Below, piece after piece: positions 17,989-26,351 of a stretch of 64,000 nucleotides of DNA. Location: assembly GCA_947496865.1 (NCBI GenBank), contig CANMEE010000002.1, positions 1,073,825 to 1,137,824 of the forward strand. Direction: 5' to 3'. Made by a program: the position numbers and the translations under genes. Position 1 is the stretch's first letter. Each line of letters begins with the position of its first letter. This DNA is from an uncultured Sphingomonadaceae bacterium (GTDB taxonomy: Bacteria > Pseudomonadota > Alphaproteobacteria > Sphingomonadales > Sphingomonadaceae). Below the pieces are notes generated by a model, which saw only the letters and a program-made list of their open reading frames with translations, did no database searches and had not been told where the DNA came from.

Positions 17989-18684
17989 TCAGCTCGCCGC
18001 ACGCAACGGCTGTTGCGGAGAGAAATGAACCGGCCCCGAAACAAGTAATTCTCGTTTTGCAATCGCAACAGCATGTTGCACAACCGCGGCGCGATAAGCG
18101 TTCAATATATCCGCCCTGGCCTGCAGGCGCACATAGATCGGATAAGCAATAATATTCGAAACAAACAACCCATAGAGGCTAGTGAGCAATGTAAAACTCA
18201 TCGCCGGACCCATTTTTAGCGGATCAATACCCGTCGCAAAAAGCTGGATCAGACCCATGATGGTGCCAATCAAACCGATGGCGGGCGCGATTTCAGAGGC
18301 TGCGCTCCAATATGTTGCCATCATATCCTGTTTCTTTTGCACGGAATTCTGTTCAAGTCGCGCCCATTCTTCAAAGGTTTTCGCTTCTTTGGAGTTTAGC
18401 AGATGAGCAATGACGCGGGTGACAAAAACATCCTCACTGCGAACCCGTTCCAACCCCACAAACCCGTCTTCTCTCAAGACAAAGTCGATGCGACGACACA
18501 TGAAAGTGGCATTTTCTCCGCTCTCGGCAAAGGGATCTCTGCTGCATTGCAACAGGCCACCAAAGGCTAAACCAAATGAGGCCCGGCCATTTTGGAGCCA
18601 TGCCATAAGCAACACGCTGCCCAGCACCAGGCCGAAAGATAGCGGGTCAAAAAATCGACCAATATTGTTGAGAATAGCGTCCAT
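17989..18684 (-). CDS. MotA/TolQ/ExbB-family proton-channel protein (second, shorter MotA-like paralog)
   Basis: 231 aa. C-terminal channel helices APAIGLIGTIMGLIQLF...GPAMSFTLLTSLYGLFVSNIIAYPIYVRL resemble the MotA TM3/TM4 signature. Divergent from flgB and upstream of flgA. Confidence 0.75.
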   Translation of the reverse strand: MDAILNNIGRFFDPLSFGLVLGSVLLMAWLQNGRASFGLAFGGLLQCSRDPFAESGENATFMCRRIDFVLREDGFVGLERVRSEDVFVTRVIAHLLNSKEAKTFEEWARLEQNSVQKKQDMMATYWSAASEIAPAIGLIGTIMGLIQLFATGIDPLKMGPAMSFTLLTSLYGLFVSNIIAYPIYVRLQARADILNAYRAAVVQHAVAIAKRELLVSGPVHFSPQQPLRAAS

Positions 18685-18706
18685 TAGATCCCGCCTCGTT
18701 CAAAAG

Positions 18707-18744
18707 CGGCAAATTTTTTCCGGCAACCGGCAAAAAATTGCCGG
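18707..18744. repeat. CGGCAA repeat cluster with an 18-bp palindrome (candidate activator-binding site)
   Basis: CGGCAA at 18707-18712. CCGGCAA at 18720-18726 and 18727-18733. Inverted TTGCCGG at 18738-18744, giving CCGGCAA-AAAA-TTGCCGG. The cluster lies 85-120 bp upstream of the flgB sigma54 promoter. A TTGCCGG half-site also occurs at 11269-11275. Confidence 0.4.
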
Positions 18745-18828
18745 TCCAGTCTGCCTGTCGATAAAATTTTTGCCATCACGGTTACGAAATCCCCAAAAAC
18801 TGCGCTTTTTCGCCTAGTACCAGAAAAC

Positions 18829-18843
18829 TGGCACGCCCTTTGC
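18829..18843 (+). promoter_or_regulatory. Sigma54 (-24/-12) promoter of the flgB operon
   Basis: TGGCACGCCCTTTGC, a full match to TGGCACG-N4-TTGC. About 90 nt upstream of the flgB ATG at 18932. Confidence 0.85.
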
Positions 18844-18931
18844 GAAGTATTGTTCGAGATTACCGATCCCGGTGCTTCTCACGCCAAAGTGACGGTCGAA
18901 TGGCCGGACAGTTAAGACAGGATTTAATTCG

Positions 18932-19285
18932 ATGCCGAGTTTGGATCAAATTTTTGCATTAAACGGGGGAGCGCTGAAACTGCGTTCGCAGCGTCTGAAT
19001 ATGCTGGCCTCCAATATCGCAAACGCGTCCACGCCTGGATATAAGGCGAAGGACCTCGATTTCGATCGGGCGATGCAGCAAGCCCAAAATGGTGGTTCAT
19101 TGGACAAAGCGATGAAAGACCATACTGGCTTTCGCGTACCGCTCCAATCCTCGCTGGATGGGAATACCGTCGAACTGTCGGTTGAACAAACCTTGTTCGC
19201 TGAAAATGCCATTCAATATCGCACCACCCTGTCCTTCCTTAAAGGACAAGTGTCGTCGATCAAACGCGCCTTGAAAGGGGAATAG
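18932..19285 (+). CDS. flgB: Flagellar basal-body rod protein FlgB
   Basis: 117 aa. N-terminal rod motif (LRSQRLNMLASNIANASTPGYKAKD). First gene of the flgB-L order. Confidence 0.9.
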   Translation: MPSLDQIFALNGGALKLRSQRLNMLASNIANASTPGYKAKDLDFDRAMQQAQNGGSLDKAMKDHTGFRVPLQSSLDGNTVELSVEQTLFAENAIQYRTTLSFLKGQVSSIKRALKGE

Positions 19286-19287
19286 AT

Positions 19288-19686
19288 ATGAGCGGCAGTA
19301 TGAATGTATTTGATGTCGCCAGCCGGGCTATGTCGGCTCAGATGGTGCGGCTCAACACAACCGCATCCAATCTGGCCAATGCCCGGACCGACTATGCGAG
19401 CAAGGACGAAGCCTATCGCGCAATGCGGCCGGTTTTCCGATCCGTCATGGAAGATAACATGGCGACAGTCGATGTTGAAAAAGTGGTTCAAACTGACGCC
19501 GAACCACAGCGACGTTACGACCCATCCAACCCGATTGCCGACAAGGAAGGCTATGTCTGGGAAGCGGCTGTCGATGAGACCGCCGAGATGATCGATATGC
19601 TCGAAACCGCCCGAAATTATAAGAATAACGTACAAGTTTTACAGACCGCAAAATCACTCATTCTAGAAACGGTAAGGAACCAATAA
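19288..19686 (+). CDS. flgC: Flagellar basal-body rod protein FlgC
   Basis: 132 aa. Motifs LNTTASNLANART and a C-terminal ETARNYKNNVQVLQTAKSLILETV. Confidence 0.92.
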   Translation: MSGSMNVFDVASRAMSAQMVRLNTTASNLANARTDYASKDEAYRAMRPVFRSVMEDNMATVDVEKVVQTDAEPQRRYDPSNPIADKEGYVWEAAVDETAEMIDMLETARNYKNNVQVLQTAKSLILETVRNQ

Positions 19687-20354
19687 TGGAAATTGCACCA
19701 CAAGTTTTTGAAAACACTAATAATAATATTGCAGGCCTCGCAGCCGCGCAGCCAGCCGATGCCATCGGCAATAACAACTTGGGTCAAGATTCCTTTCTGC
19801 GGCTAATGACGACACAGCTAAAGTTTCAGGACCCGTTTGACCCGTTGGATAACCAGGCGATGGTAGCCCAACTCGCGCAATTTTCGAGCGTTGCCGGCAT
19901 TTCCGAAATGAACCAGTCGCTCACCGACATCGCGGCAATGCTGGGTAATAACCGTTTATCCGATGCTAAAGAATGGATTGGGCACAATGTATTGGTTCCC
20001 GGAAACTTCTCGGTCGCAAACAAGGATGGTGAATATACTGGCGAGTTTGAACTAAACCAGTCGAGCGAAAACCTGTCGATTGACTTGCTGAATGAAGCAG
20101 GGGAAATTGTGATGTTTGCCGAGCTAGGCAGTCAAGAAGCTGGGCCAATCCAGTTTAACTTCGACAGCAAAAACGCCAATGGAGAGCCACAAGATCTGGG
20201 GCGTCTGCGGGTTCGCGTAAACGGCGGAAATGTATCTAACCTTGCAACATGGGTGCCCGTGGCATCCGTACAGGCATCGCAAGGCAATGATCCCACAATT
20301 CTTGTGACCCCAATTGGCAATGTCCTGCCATCCGAAGCCTTGCGCATCGGATAG
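19686..20354 (+). CDS. flgD: Flagellar hook capping/assembly protein FlgD
   Basis: 222 aa. FlgD N-domain LGQDSFLRLMTTQLKFQDPFDPLDNQAMVAQLAQFSSV. TAATG junction with flgC. Confidence 0.92.
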   Translation: MEIAPQVFENTNNNIAGLAAAQPADAIGNNNLGQDSFLRLMTTQLKFQDPFDPLDNQAMVAQLAQFSSVAGISEMNQSLTDIAAMLGNNRLSDAKEWIGHNVLVPGNFSVANKDGEYTGEFELNQSSENLSIDLLNEAGEIVMFAELGSQEAGPIQFNFDSKNANGEPQDLGRLRVRVNGGNVSNLATWVPVASVQASQGNDPTILVTPIGNVLPSEALRIG

Positions 20355-20397
20355 TCGAATGTTCCTCCCCAACAGATTTTAACCAGGAGAAGAGATA

Positions 20398-21228
20398 ATG
20401 TCTTTCTTTACGTCCCTTAGCGGCCTGAAAGCTGCACAAACCGATTTGAACGTGATTTCAAACAACGTCGCGAATACAAACTCGACCGGCTTCAAAAAAA
20501 GCCGCGCGCAGTTTGGCGACCTGTTTGCCGCTTCCCCTACCCAGACGACCAAAACCGTTGCAGGGCAAGGCGTTCGACTGACTGGCATCACACAGCAATT
20601 TACGCAGGGTACATTGCAGGCAACTGACAAAACACTGGATCTCGCGATTGCCGGCGACGGGTTTTTCTCCGTACGCGGTCAACCCCCGCGTCAGGGTCTT
20701 TCCTTTACCCGCAATGGTTCTTTCGCCGTAAATGTCGATCGTGAAGTTGTCGATACTACCGGGGCCAAGGCGCAACTTTTGCCGGTCGATGCCAATGGTG
20801 TCGCGACTTCTACCAATGCCGCCGACATGTTCGATTTCATTTTGCCTGATGCCGATCCCGGCGATCCGGCTGCGCTTCTGACCAATATCGCCGTCAACGG
20901 TGAAGGGGTTGTCAGTGCAACATTCTCTAACGGAAACCAGATTGATATTGGCGCCCTTGCGATGTCCAGTTTCAACTCCATCGAAGGTTTGCGGCCCATT
21001 GGTGATGCCCACTGGGTAGCGACCGGTGATTCCGGTCCAGCGCAGCTTAATCAGGCCGCTAACGGCCCATTGGGTCAGGTGCGCTCCGGTACGCTGGAAC
21101 TGGCCAACGTTGATATTACGGAAGAGCTGGTCTCTTTGATTTCCGCTCAGCGGAATTTCCAAGCCAATGCCCAGGCGATCGAGACGGCCAACACCCTAAG
21201 CCAGACGATTATCAACCTTCAGGTCTAA
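20398..21228 (+). CDS. flgE: Flagellar hook protein FlgE (unusually short, 276 aa)
   Basis: N-terminus MSFFTSLSGLKAAQTDLNVISNNVANTNSTGFKKSRAQF. C-terminus LELANVDITEELVSLISAQRNFQANAQAIETANTLSQTIINL. Position between flgD and flgF. Confidence 0.88.
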   Translation: MSFFTSLSGLKAAQTDLNVISNNVANTNSTGFKKSRAQFGDLFAASPTQTTKTVAGQGVRLTGITQQFTQGTLQATDKTLDLAIAGDGFFSVRGQPPRQGLSFTRNGSFAVNVDREVVDTTGAKAQLLPVDANGVATSTNAADMFDFILPDADPGDPAALLTNIAVNGEGVVSATFSNGNQIDIGALAMSSFNSIEGLRPIGDAHWVATGDSGPAQLNQAANGPLGQVRSGTLELANVDITEELVSLISAQRNFQANAQAIETANTLSQTIINLQV

Positions 21229-21261
21229 CAGCTGAAGGCGATAACAATCTAGGAATAGTCT

Positions 21262-22005
21262 ATGGATAAGCTTGCATATACCGCCGTCAACACGATGAAA
21301 TCGTTGATGAACCGGCAAACGGCTGTCGCCAATAATATGGCGAACTCAAACACTGTGGGTTTCAAAGCCGATATGGTTTCAGCCAAAGCCAAATATCTGA
21401 ACGGCCCCGGTCACGACAGTCGGGCCATGGCTGTCGAGCGGGATATGCAAGCGGATATGAACAGCGGTTCTATAACGCAAACCGGTCGGTCACTCGACGT
21501 CGCCATGGAAGGCGACGCAATGATCGCAGTTCAGGCTGCAGATGGCAAAGAAGCCTATTCGCGGCGTGGTGATTTTCGCATCGCCGCATCGGGTGCGATG
21601 GTTACCGGCGACGGCTTTCCGGTCTTGGGCGAAGGTGGACCAATTACCATGCCACCGGCCGAGCGAGTCGACATTGGTGCAGACGGCACCGTGTTCTTCG
21701 TACCACAGGGCGGCGACCCCACACAGCCGCAAGAACTCGACCGGATCAAACTGGTCAGCATGACCGGCAGCGCCCTTTCCAAAGGGTCGGATGCGCTGTT
21801 CCGTGCGCCGGATGATGGCGTCCTACCGATTGATGACAATGCGCGGGTTGTTTCTGGCGCGCTGGAAGAATCGAATGTGAATATGACCGCCGCGCTGGTC
21901 GATATGATTGAGACCAGCCGTGCTTGGGAAACTCAGGCAAAAATGCTGCGCACAGCCGAAGAGCTGGATGAAAGCAGCGCCAGCGTCATGAACATGCCGC
22001 AGTAA
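21262..22005 (+). CDS. flgF: Flagellar proximal rod protein FlgF
   Basis: 247 aa. Motif QTAVANNMANSNTVGFKAD and a C-terminal LEESNVNMTAALVDMIETSRAWETQAKM. Confidence 0.9.
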   Translation: MDKLAYTAVNTMKSLMNRQTAVANNMANSNTVGFKADMVSAKAKYLNGPGHDSRAMAVERDMQADMNSGSITQTGRSLDVAMEGDAMIAVQAADGKEAYSRRGDFRIAASGAMVTGDGFPVLGEGGPITMPPAERVDIGADGTVFFVPQGGDPTQPQELDRIKLVSMTGSALSKGSDALFRAPDDGVLPIDDNARVVSGALEESNVNMTAALVDMIETSRAWETQAKMLRTAEELDESSASVMNMPQ

Positions 22006-22041
22006 TTATGGGTGCGATAATCGCACGAAGGAGACGATGAA

Positions 22042-22830
22042 ATGAGCAATGCTGCTTTACAAGTTGCGCGCACCGGTTTGGATGCGCAAAATACCAAAAT
22101 GCGCGTCATCGCCAACAATCTGGCGAACGTAAACACAACCGGTTTTAAACGCGATCGTGCGGACTTTGAGACGCTTGCTTATCAGAATGTTGTCACACCC
22201 GGAGCGCCCTCGGACGCGCAAAATCGGTTCGCCAGTGGTTTGCAACTGGGCACCGGTGTCAAACTTTCGGGCATCGGGAAAATCAGTACGCAAGGTACCT
22301 TGCAAATGACCGAAAACGCCCTCGATATGGCGATCGAAGGTTCTGGTTTTTTCCAAGTTGAAATGCCCGACGGGACCACAGGCTATTCGCGTGCAGGTAA
22401 TTTCAACCTGACCGCTGAGGGCAATATCGTAACCAGCGATGGTTTTCCCCTCGTACCGGCCATCCAGGTGCCCCAAGGGGCTACTGCAGTGACAATCGGT
22501 AATAACGGGACCGTGACCGCTACATTAGCAGGCCAATCTGACCCCAGTGAATTGGGTCAAATAGAATTGGCTAGCTTTACCAATCCAGCCGGGTTGCTCT
22601 CCGTCGGCAATAATATCCGCACAGAGACTGCCGCTAGCGGTGCACCGCAAGTTGGTGAAGCGGGTACCGAAGGCCGCGGTAACATCCGCCAAGGCGCGCT
22701 GGAGCAATCCAACGTCAATATTGTCGAAGAGCTGGTGAACATGATCGAGACACAGCGCGCCTATGAGGTCAATTCCAAGATGATCTCTGCGACCGATGAA
22801 ATGCTGCAATTCGTAAACCAGCAGCTTTAA
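22042..22830 (+). CDS. flgG: Flagellar distal rod protein FlgG
   Basis: 262 aa. Motif MRVIANNLANVNTTGFKRDRADFE and a C-terminal LEQSNVNIVEELVNMIETQRAYEVNSKMISATDEML. Confidence 0.95.
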   Translation: MSNAALQVARTGLDAQNTKMRVIANNLANVNTTGFKRDRADFETLAYQNVVTPGAPSDAQNRFASGLQLGTGVKLSGIGKISTQGTLQMTENALDMAIEGSGFFQVEMPDGTTGYSRAGNFNLTAEGNIVTSDGFPLVPAIQVPQGATAVTIGNNGTVTATLAGQSDPSELGQIELASFTNPAGLLSVGNNIRTETAASGAPQVGEAGTEGRGNIRQGALEQSNVNIVEELVNMIETQRAYEVNSKMISATDEMLQFVNQQL

Positions 22831-22859
22831 AAATATCCTGAGCGAGAGACATTAGCATC

Positions 22860-23546
22860 ATGCCCATATCATCTATTTCGAAAACAGCTTTGACCGTCAC
22901 CATCGCGCCCTTTCTGCTAATCAGCTGCATGGGGTCTGGCGGATCCACACCCGAGCAAGGTTTTACTGCCGCTATTGCCGCTCCACTGCCCCCCCCAGCG
23001 CCCGCCATTGCCAATGGTGCCATCTTTCAGCAGGCATCGGGCTATGCAGCGCTCACCAGCGGCACGCGTGCCAGCAGCAAGGGCGATATTATAACCATCT
23101 TGCTGGTCGAAAACACCAGAGCAAGCAAAGCTAATAGTGCATCGAAAGACCGCAGTGGCGGTATTTCATTAGCGCCGCCTACTACTGGTTTATTCTCGCT
23201 ATTCTCTCCCAGCGACGTTGGGACGAGTGGCTCGCAGAATTTCTCAGGGACCGGCAACGCGTCGCAATCAAACTCGCTACAGGGACAGGTCAGTGTGACA
23301 GTCGCCGAAAGCTACGCCAACGGCACGATGCTTGTTCGCGGGCAGAAAATGACCTCACTCAACCGTGGAGACGAACATGTTCAATTTAGCGGACTTATCC
23401 GAGCGATTGATGTGTCATCCGAGAACACGATCCCGTCGACCAAAGTGGCCAATGCCCGAATTATCTACGGCGGCTCCGGGGAAATCGCCTCTGCCAGCAA
23501 ACAAGGCTGGCTACAGAATTTCTTTTCCAAAATCTCACCCTTTTAG
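22860..23546 (+). CDS. flgH: Flagellar L-ring lipoprotein FlgH
   Basis: 228 aa. Lipobox LLISC. FlgH core (GDIITILLVENTRASK...GTMLVRGQK...IPSTKVANARIIYGG). Confidence 0.92.
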   Translation: MPISSISKTALTVTIAPFLLISCMGSGGSTPEQGFTAAIAAPLPPPAPAIANGAIFQQASGYAALTSGTRASSKGDIITILLVENTRASKANSASKDRSGGISLAPPTTGLFSLFSPSDVGTSGSQNFSGTGNASQSNSLQGQVSVTVAESYANGTMLVRGQKMTSLNRGDEHVQFSGLIRAIDVSSENTIPSTKVANARIIYGGSGEIASASKQGWLQNFFSKISPF

Positions 23547-23567
23547 ATTCCTGATCAGGCACATTTT

Positions 23568-24692
23568 ATGACCCTATCATTCAAAATAACCCGTCTCGTC
23601 CATTTGCTTGCCGCACTCGCCATCACCGTGTTGATCGCGATGCAACCGGCTCAGGCGGAGCGGATTAAAGACCTCGGTCACTTCGCTGGTCTGCGGACCA
23701 ACCAGCTTGTTGGTTATGGCGTCGTGGTCGGGCTTGCCGGTACCGGCGATGACAGTCTGGAATATGCGACATTGGGTGTGAAAGGCATGACCAGCCGCTT
23801 TGGCCTGGCCCTGCCCCCCGGCGTTAACCCGGCAACCAAAAATGCAGCTGCCGTTATGGTGACAGCGGAAATGCCAGCCTTTGCCAAACCCGGTCAGCGG
23901 ATGGACGTCACCGTATCAGCAATTGGCAAGGCCAAATCGCTGCGCGGTGGAACGCTGATTTTAATGCCGCTCTATGGAGCGGATCAACAGATTTACGCGA
24001 TGGCGCAGGGGAACCTTGCCGTTGGCGGTCTTGGCGTTTCTGCAGCAGACGGATCAAGGCTAACCGTCAACATCCCTTCGGTCGGACGTATCTCAGGTGG
24101 CGCTTCGATCGAAAGAACCGTTGCCACTGGTTTTGAAACCCAGCCATTTCTCAGTTTCAATCTAACCGATGCCGATCTTACGACATCGTTGCGGGTGGCC
24201 GATGCGATTAATGAAGCTGTCGGCGCTGACATGGCCATAGCCGCGGACGCGGTAACCGTGCGTATTATTGCACCGATAGGTGTGCAGGAACGGGTCATGC
24301 TGATGGGAAAAATCGAAAACCTCAATGTGAAGCCGGCTGAAGCGCGCGCGCGGATCATTGTGAATGCGAGAACCGGCACCGTCGTCATTAACGGAGCCGT
24401 TCGTCTAGGCCCTGCAGCAGTCAGTCACGGAAAACTGACCGTGCGTGTCGAAGAAAATCCAACGGTCGTTCAACCCGAACCGTTTAGTCGGGGAAGGACC
24501 GCAGTAGAGCCGAATAGTGACATTGCTCTGGAAGATGAAGGGGCCCCTGCCTTTGAAATTGGTCGCCGTGCTTCTTTGTCAGAAATTGTCGAAACTATTA
24601 ATTCCATCGGCGTTTCACCGTCTGATCTAACAGCGATCCTGGAAGGTTTGAAGCAAGCAGGAGCCCTGAAAGCGGAGTTGATCATCATATGA
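23568..24692 (+). CDS. flgI: Flagellar P-ring protein FlgI
   Basis: 374 aa. Signal peptide ending AQA, then ERIKDLGHFAGLRTNQLVGYGVVVGLAGTGD, the typical mature FlgI N-terminus. Confidence 0.95.
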   Translation: MTLSFKITRLVHLLAALAITVLIAMQPAQAERIKDLGHFAGLRTNQLVGYGVVVGLAGTGDDSLEYATLGVKGMTSRFGLALPPGVNPATKNAAAVMVTAEMPAFAKPGQRMDVTVSAIGKAKSLRGGTLILMPLYGADQQIYAMAQGNLAVGGLGVSAADGSRLTVNIPSVGRISGGASIERTVATGFETQPFLSFNLTDADLTTSLRVADAINEAVGADMAIAADAVTVRIIAPIGVQERVMLMGKIENLNVKPAEARARIIVNARTGTVVINGAVRLGPAAVSHGKLTVRVEENPTVVQPEPFSRGRTAVEPNSDIALEDEGAPAFEIGRRASLSEIVETINSIGVSPSDLTAILEGLKQAGALKAELIII

Positions 24693-24991
24693 CCACTATT
24701 AATCCTCAAGGGAATCTTCTGGCGGCGGCGGCAACAAGTGCCACGAAACCGGCGGCCAATGGCGTCAAAACCGAAACGGAAGCGATGGCTGCTAATTTTG
24801 AAGCAATCTTCGTCCGGCAAATGCTCTCCACCATGCGCACAGCGTCTTTGGGTGAGGGTTTGTTTGACGGCCAGGGAATGGAAGAATTTCGCGATATGCA
24901 GGATAGCATGCTGGCAGAGAATATGGCGGACAAAGGCGTTTTTGGCATTGCCGAATTGCTGACTCGCCATGTGGAGAAAAATAATGTCTGA
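24689..24991 (+). CDS. flgJ: Rod-binding protein (FlgJ N-terminal-domain-only form)
   Basis: 100 aa. Rod_binding-type motif FEAIFVRQMLSTMR...EEFRDMQDSMLAENMADKGVFGIAELL. No glucosaminidase or muramidase domain. Confidence 0.8.
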   Translation: MTTINPQGNLLAAAATSATKPAANGVKTETEAMAANFEAIFVRQMLSTMRTASLGEGLFDGQGMEEFRDMQDSMLAENMADKGVFGIAELLTRHVEKNNV

Positions 24992-26315
24992 TCTATTATC
25001 CATCGGACGTTCCGCGCTGCAGGTGAACAGCCGCGCGCTTGAAGTAGTCGGGTCCAATGTCGCCAACGCCGAAAACCCTGATTATGTGCGGCGTTCACTC
25101 AATGTCGGTGACACGACAATTTACGGATCTACCAATCCACTATATAGCAATTTTACAGGCGTCGGCGGCGTGGCGATAAACGGTATTGTCCGTGCCAGTG
25201 ATCAGTTTTTGGAAGCCGCGACGCGGCAGACGGGCGCCAATCGCGTCCGGACCGAGGTAACGGTACAATGGCTTGATCAAGGCGAGATCGCGCTCGCGAA
25301 TAATCAATCGGATATTGGCAGCCAGCTGACCGAGCTTTTCGGTAGCGCCGAAGAATTGTCAGCAGTCCCGTTTGAACCAGCGCTAAGAGGGCAATTTCTT
25401 GGTGATATCGAAGATACGGTTGCCCGGTTCAACCAGACAGCGTCAAACCTTTCCACCACCACAACATTGATGAACGGTGCTGCGGCACAAGAGGCATCGG
25501 AACTTAATTCTGCCCTAGCCGAACTCGCAGCCGTCAACGAAAAATTGCGCCCCACCAAAACCGGTACATCACAACAAGTGGCATTGCTCGACCAACGCGA
25601 TGCGGCCCTGACCGTCATCACCGAGAAGCTGGATGTCGAAATTAGCTTTGGTGACAATGGACTAGCCGATATTACGCGCGGTGGCGTCAGTCTGGTCGCC
25701 TATGATGCAGTCAACCCGGTCACTTTTGTTGCCAATGCAGGCGGTGCGTTTGACATAGAGATCGGCGGGACAATACAATCTCCGCCAACCAACGGAACAT
25801 TGGGCGGGCTACATCGCGCACAATCTGACATTGCAGCTCTATCCACTAATCTCGATAGCTTGGCGGTACAATTTGCCGGTGAAATTAACGGTTGGCAAGC
25901 CAATGGCCGGACCGACGCCGGCACCGTTGGCGCGGCGATTGTTTCTCATGGAGGAACGGCGGCCAGCCTTACGACTACCGGATTGACGGGGGATGATCTG
26001 GCGCTGGCTTCACCAGCGGGGGTCGCCAACGGCAATATTTTGGCTTTCGTCGATCTCCGCACACCGACCGGAACCGAACAACAATTTGAAGGCCTGGTGC
26101 TCGGACAAGCACAGAATCTTTTGTCAGCACGCAGCGAAAGTGATGCGGCGACGGCCTTTGATGTGGCAACACGAGAATCGCGAGACCGGGTCTCGGTCGT
26201 GGACCTTGACCGCGAGGCTGCTGACCTCATTCGGTTGCAACAGGCATATGAAGCATCTGCCCGGATCATTCAGGTCGCTCGTGAAACGGTCCAATCCGTA
26301 TTGGCAATTTTTTAA
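24984..26315 (+). CDS. flgK: Hook-filament junction protein FlgK (HAP1)
   Basis: Start set at ATG 24984 (GGAG upstream; MSDLLSIGRSALQVNSRALEVVGSNVANAENPDYVRR). C-terminus VDLDREAADLIRLQQAYEASARIIQVARE. Confidence 0.9.
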   Translation: MSDLLSIGRSALQVNSRALEVVGSNVANAENPDYVRRSLNVGDTTIYGSTNPLYSNFTGVGGVAINGIVRASDQFLEAATRQTGANRVRTEVTVQWLDQGEIALANNQSDIGSQLTELFGSAEELSAVPFEPALRGQFLGDIEDTVARFNQTASNLSTTTTLMNGAAAQEASELNSALAELAAVNEKLRPTKTGTSQQVALLDQRDAALTVITEKLDVEISFGDNGLADITRGGVSLVAYDAVNPVTFVANAGGAFDIEIGGTIQSPPTNGTLGGLHRAQSDIAALSTNLDSLAVQFAGEINGWQANGRTDAGTVGAAIVSHGGTAASLTTTGLTGDDLALASPAGVANGNILAFVDLRTPTGTEQQFEGLVLGQAQNLLSARSESDAATAFDVATRESRDRVSVVDLDREAADLIRLQQAYEASARIIQVARETVQSVLAIF

Positions 26316-26351
26316 TGAGGCGCTGAACCAGCAGCACCTAAGGGGTATGTA

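Noticed and set aside
18707-18744. Sigma54 promoter for the MotA-like operon on the minus strand (CGGCAATTTTTTGC / CCGGAAAAAATTTGC)
   Set aside because: The GG and GC elements are separated by 9 nt rather than the invariant 10. The region is better interpreted as a repeat/palindrome binding site.
20458-21162. 234-aa ORF antisense to flgE, and similar antisense ORFs in flgG, flgI, flgK, obg (54344-54943), dnaJ (37025-37672) and dnaK
   Set aside because: All lie opposite strongly supported genes, and none has a recognisable motif or start context.
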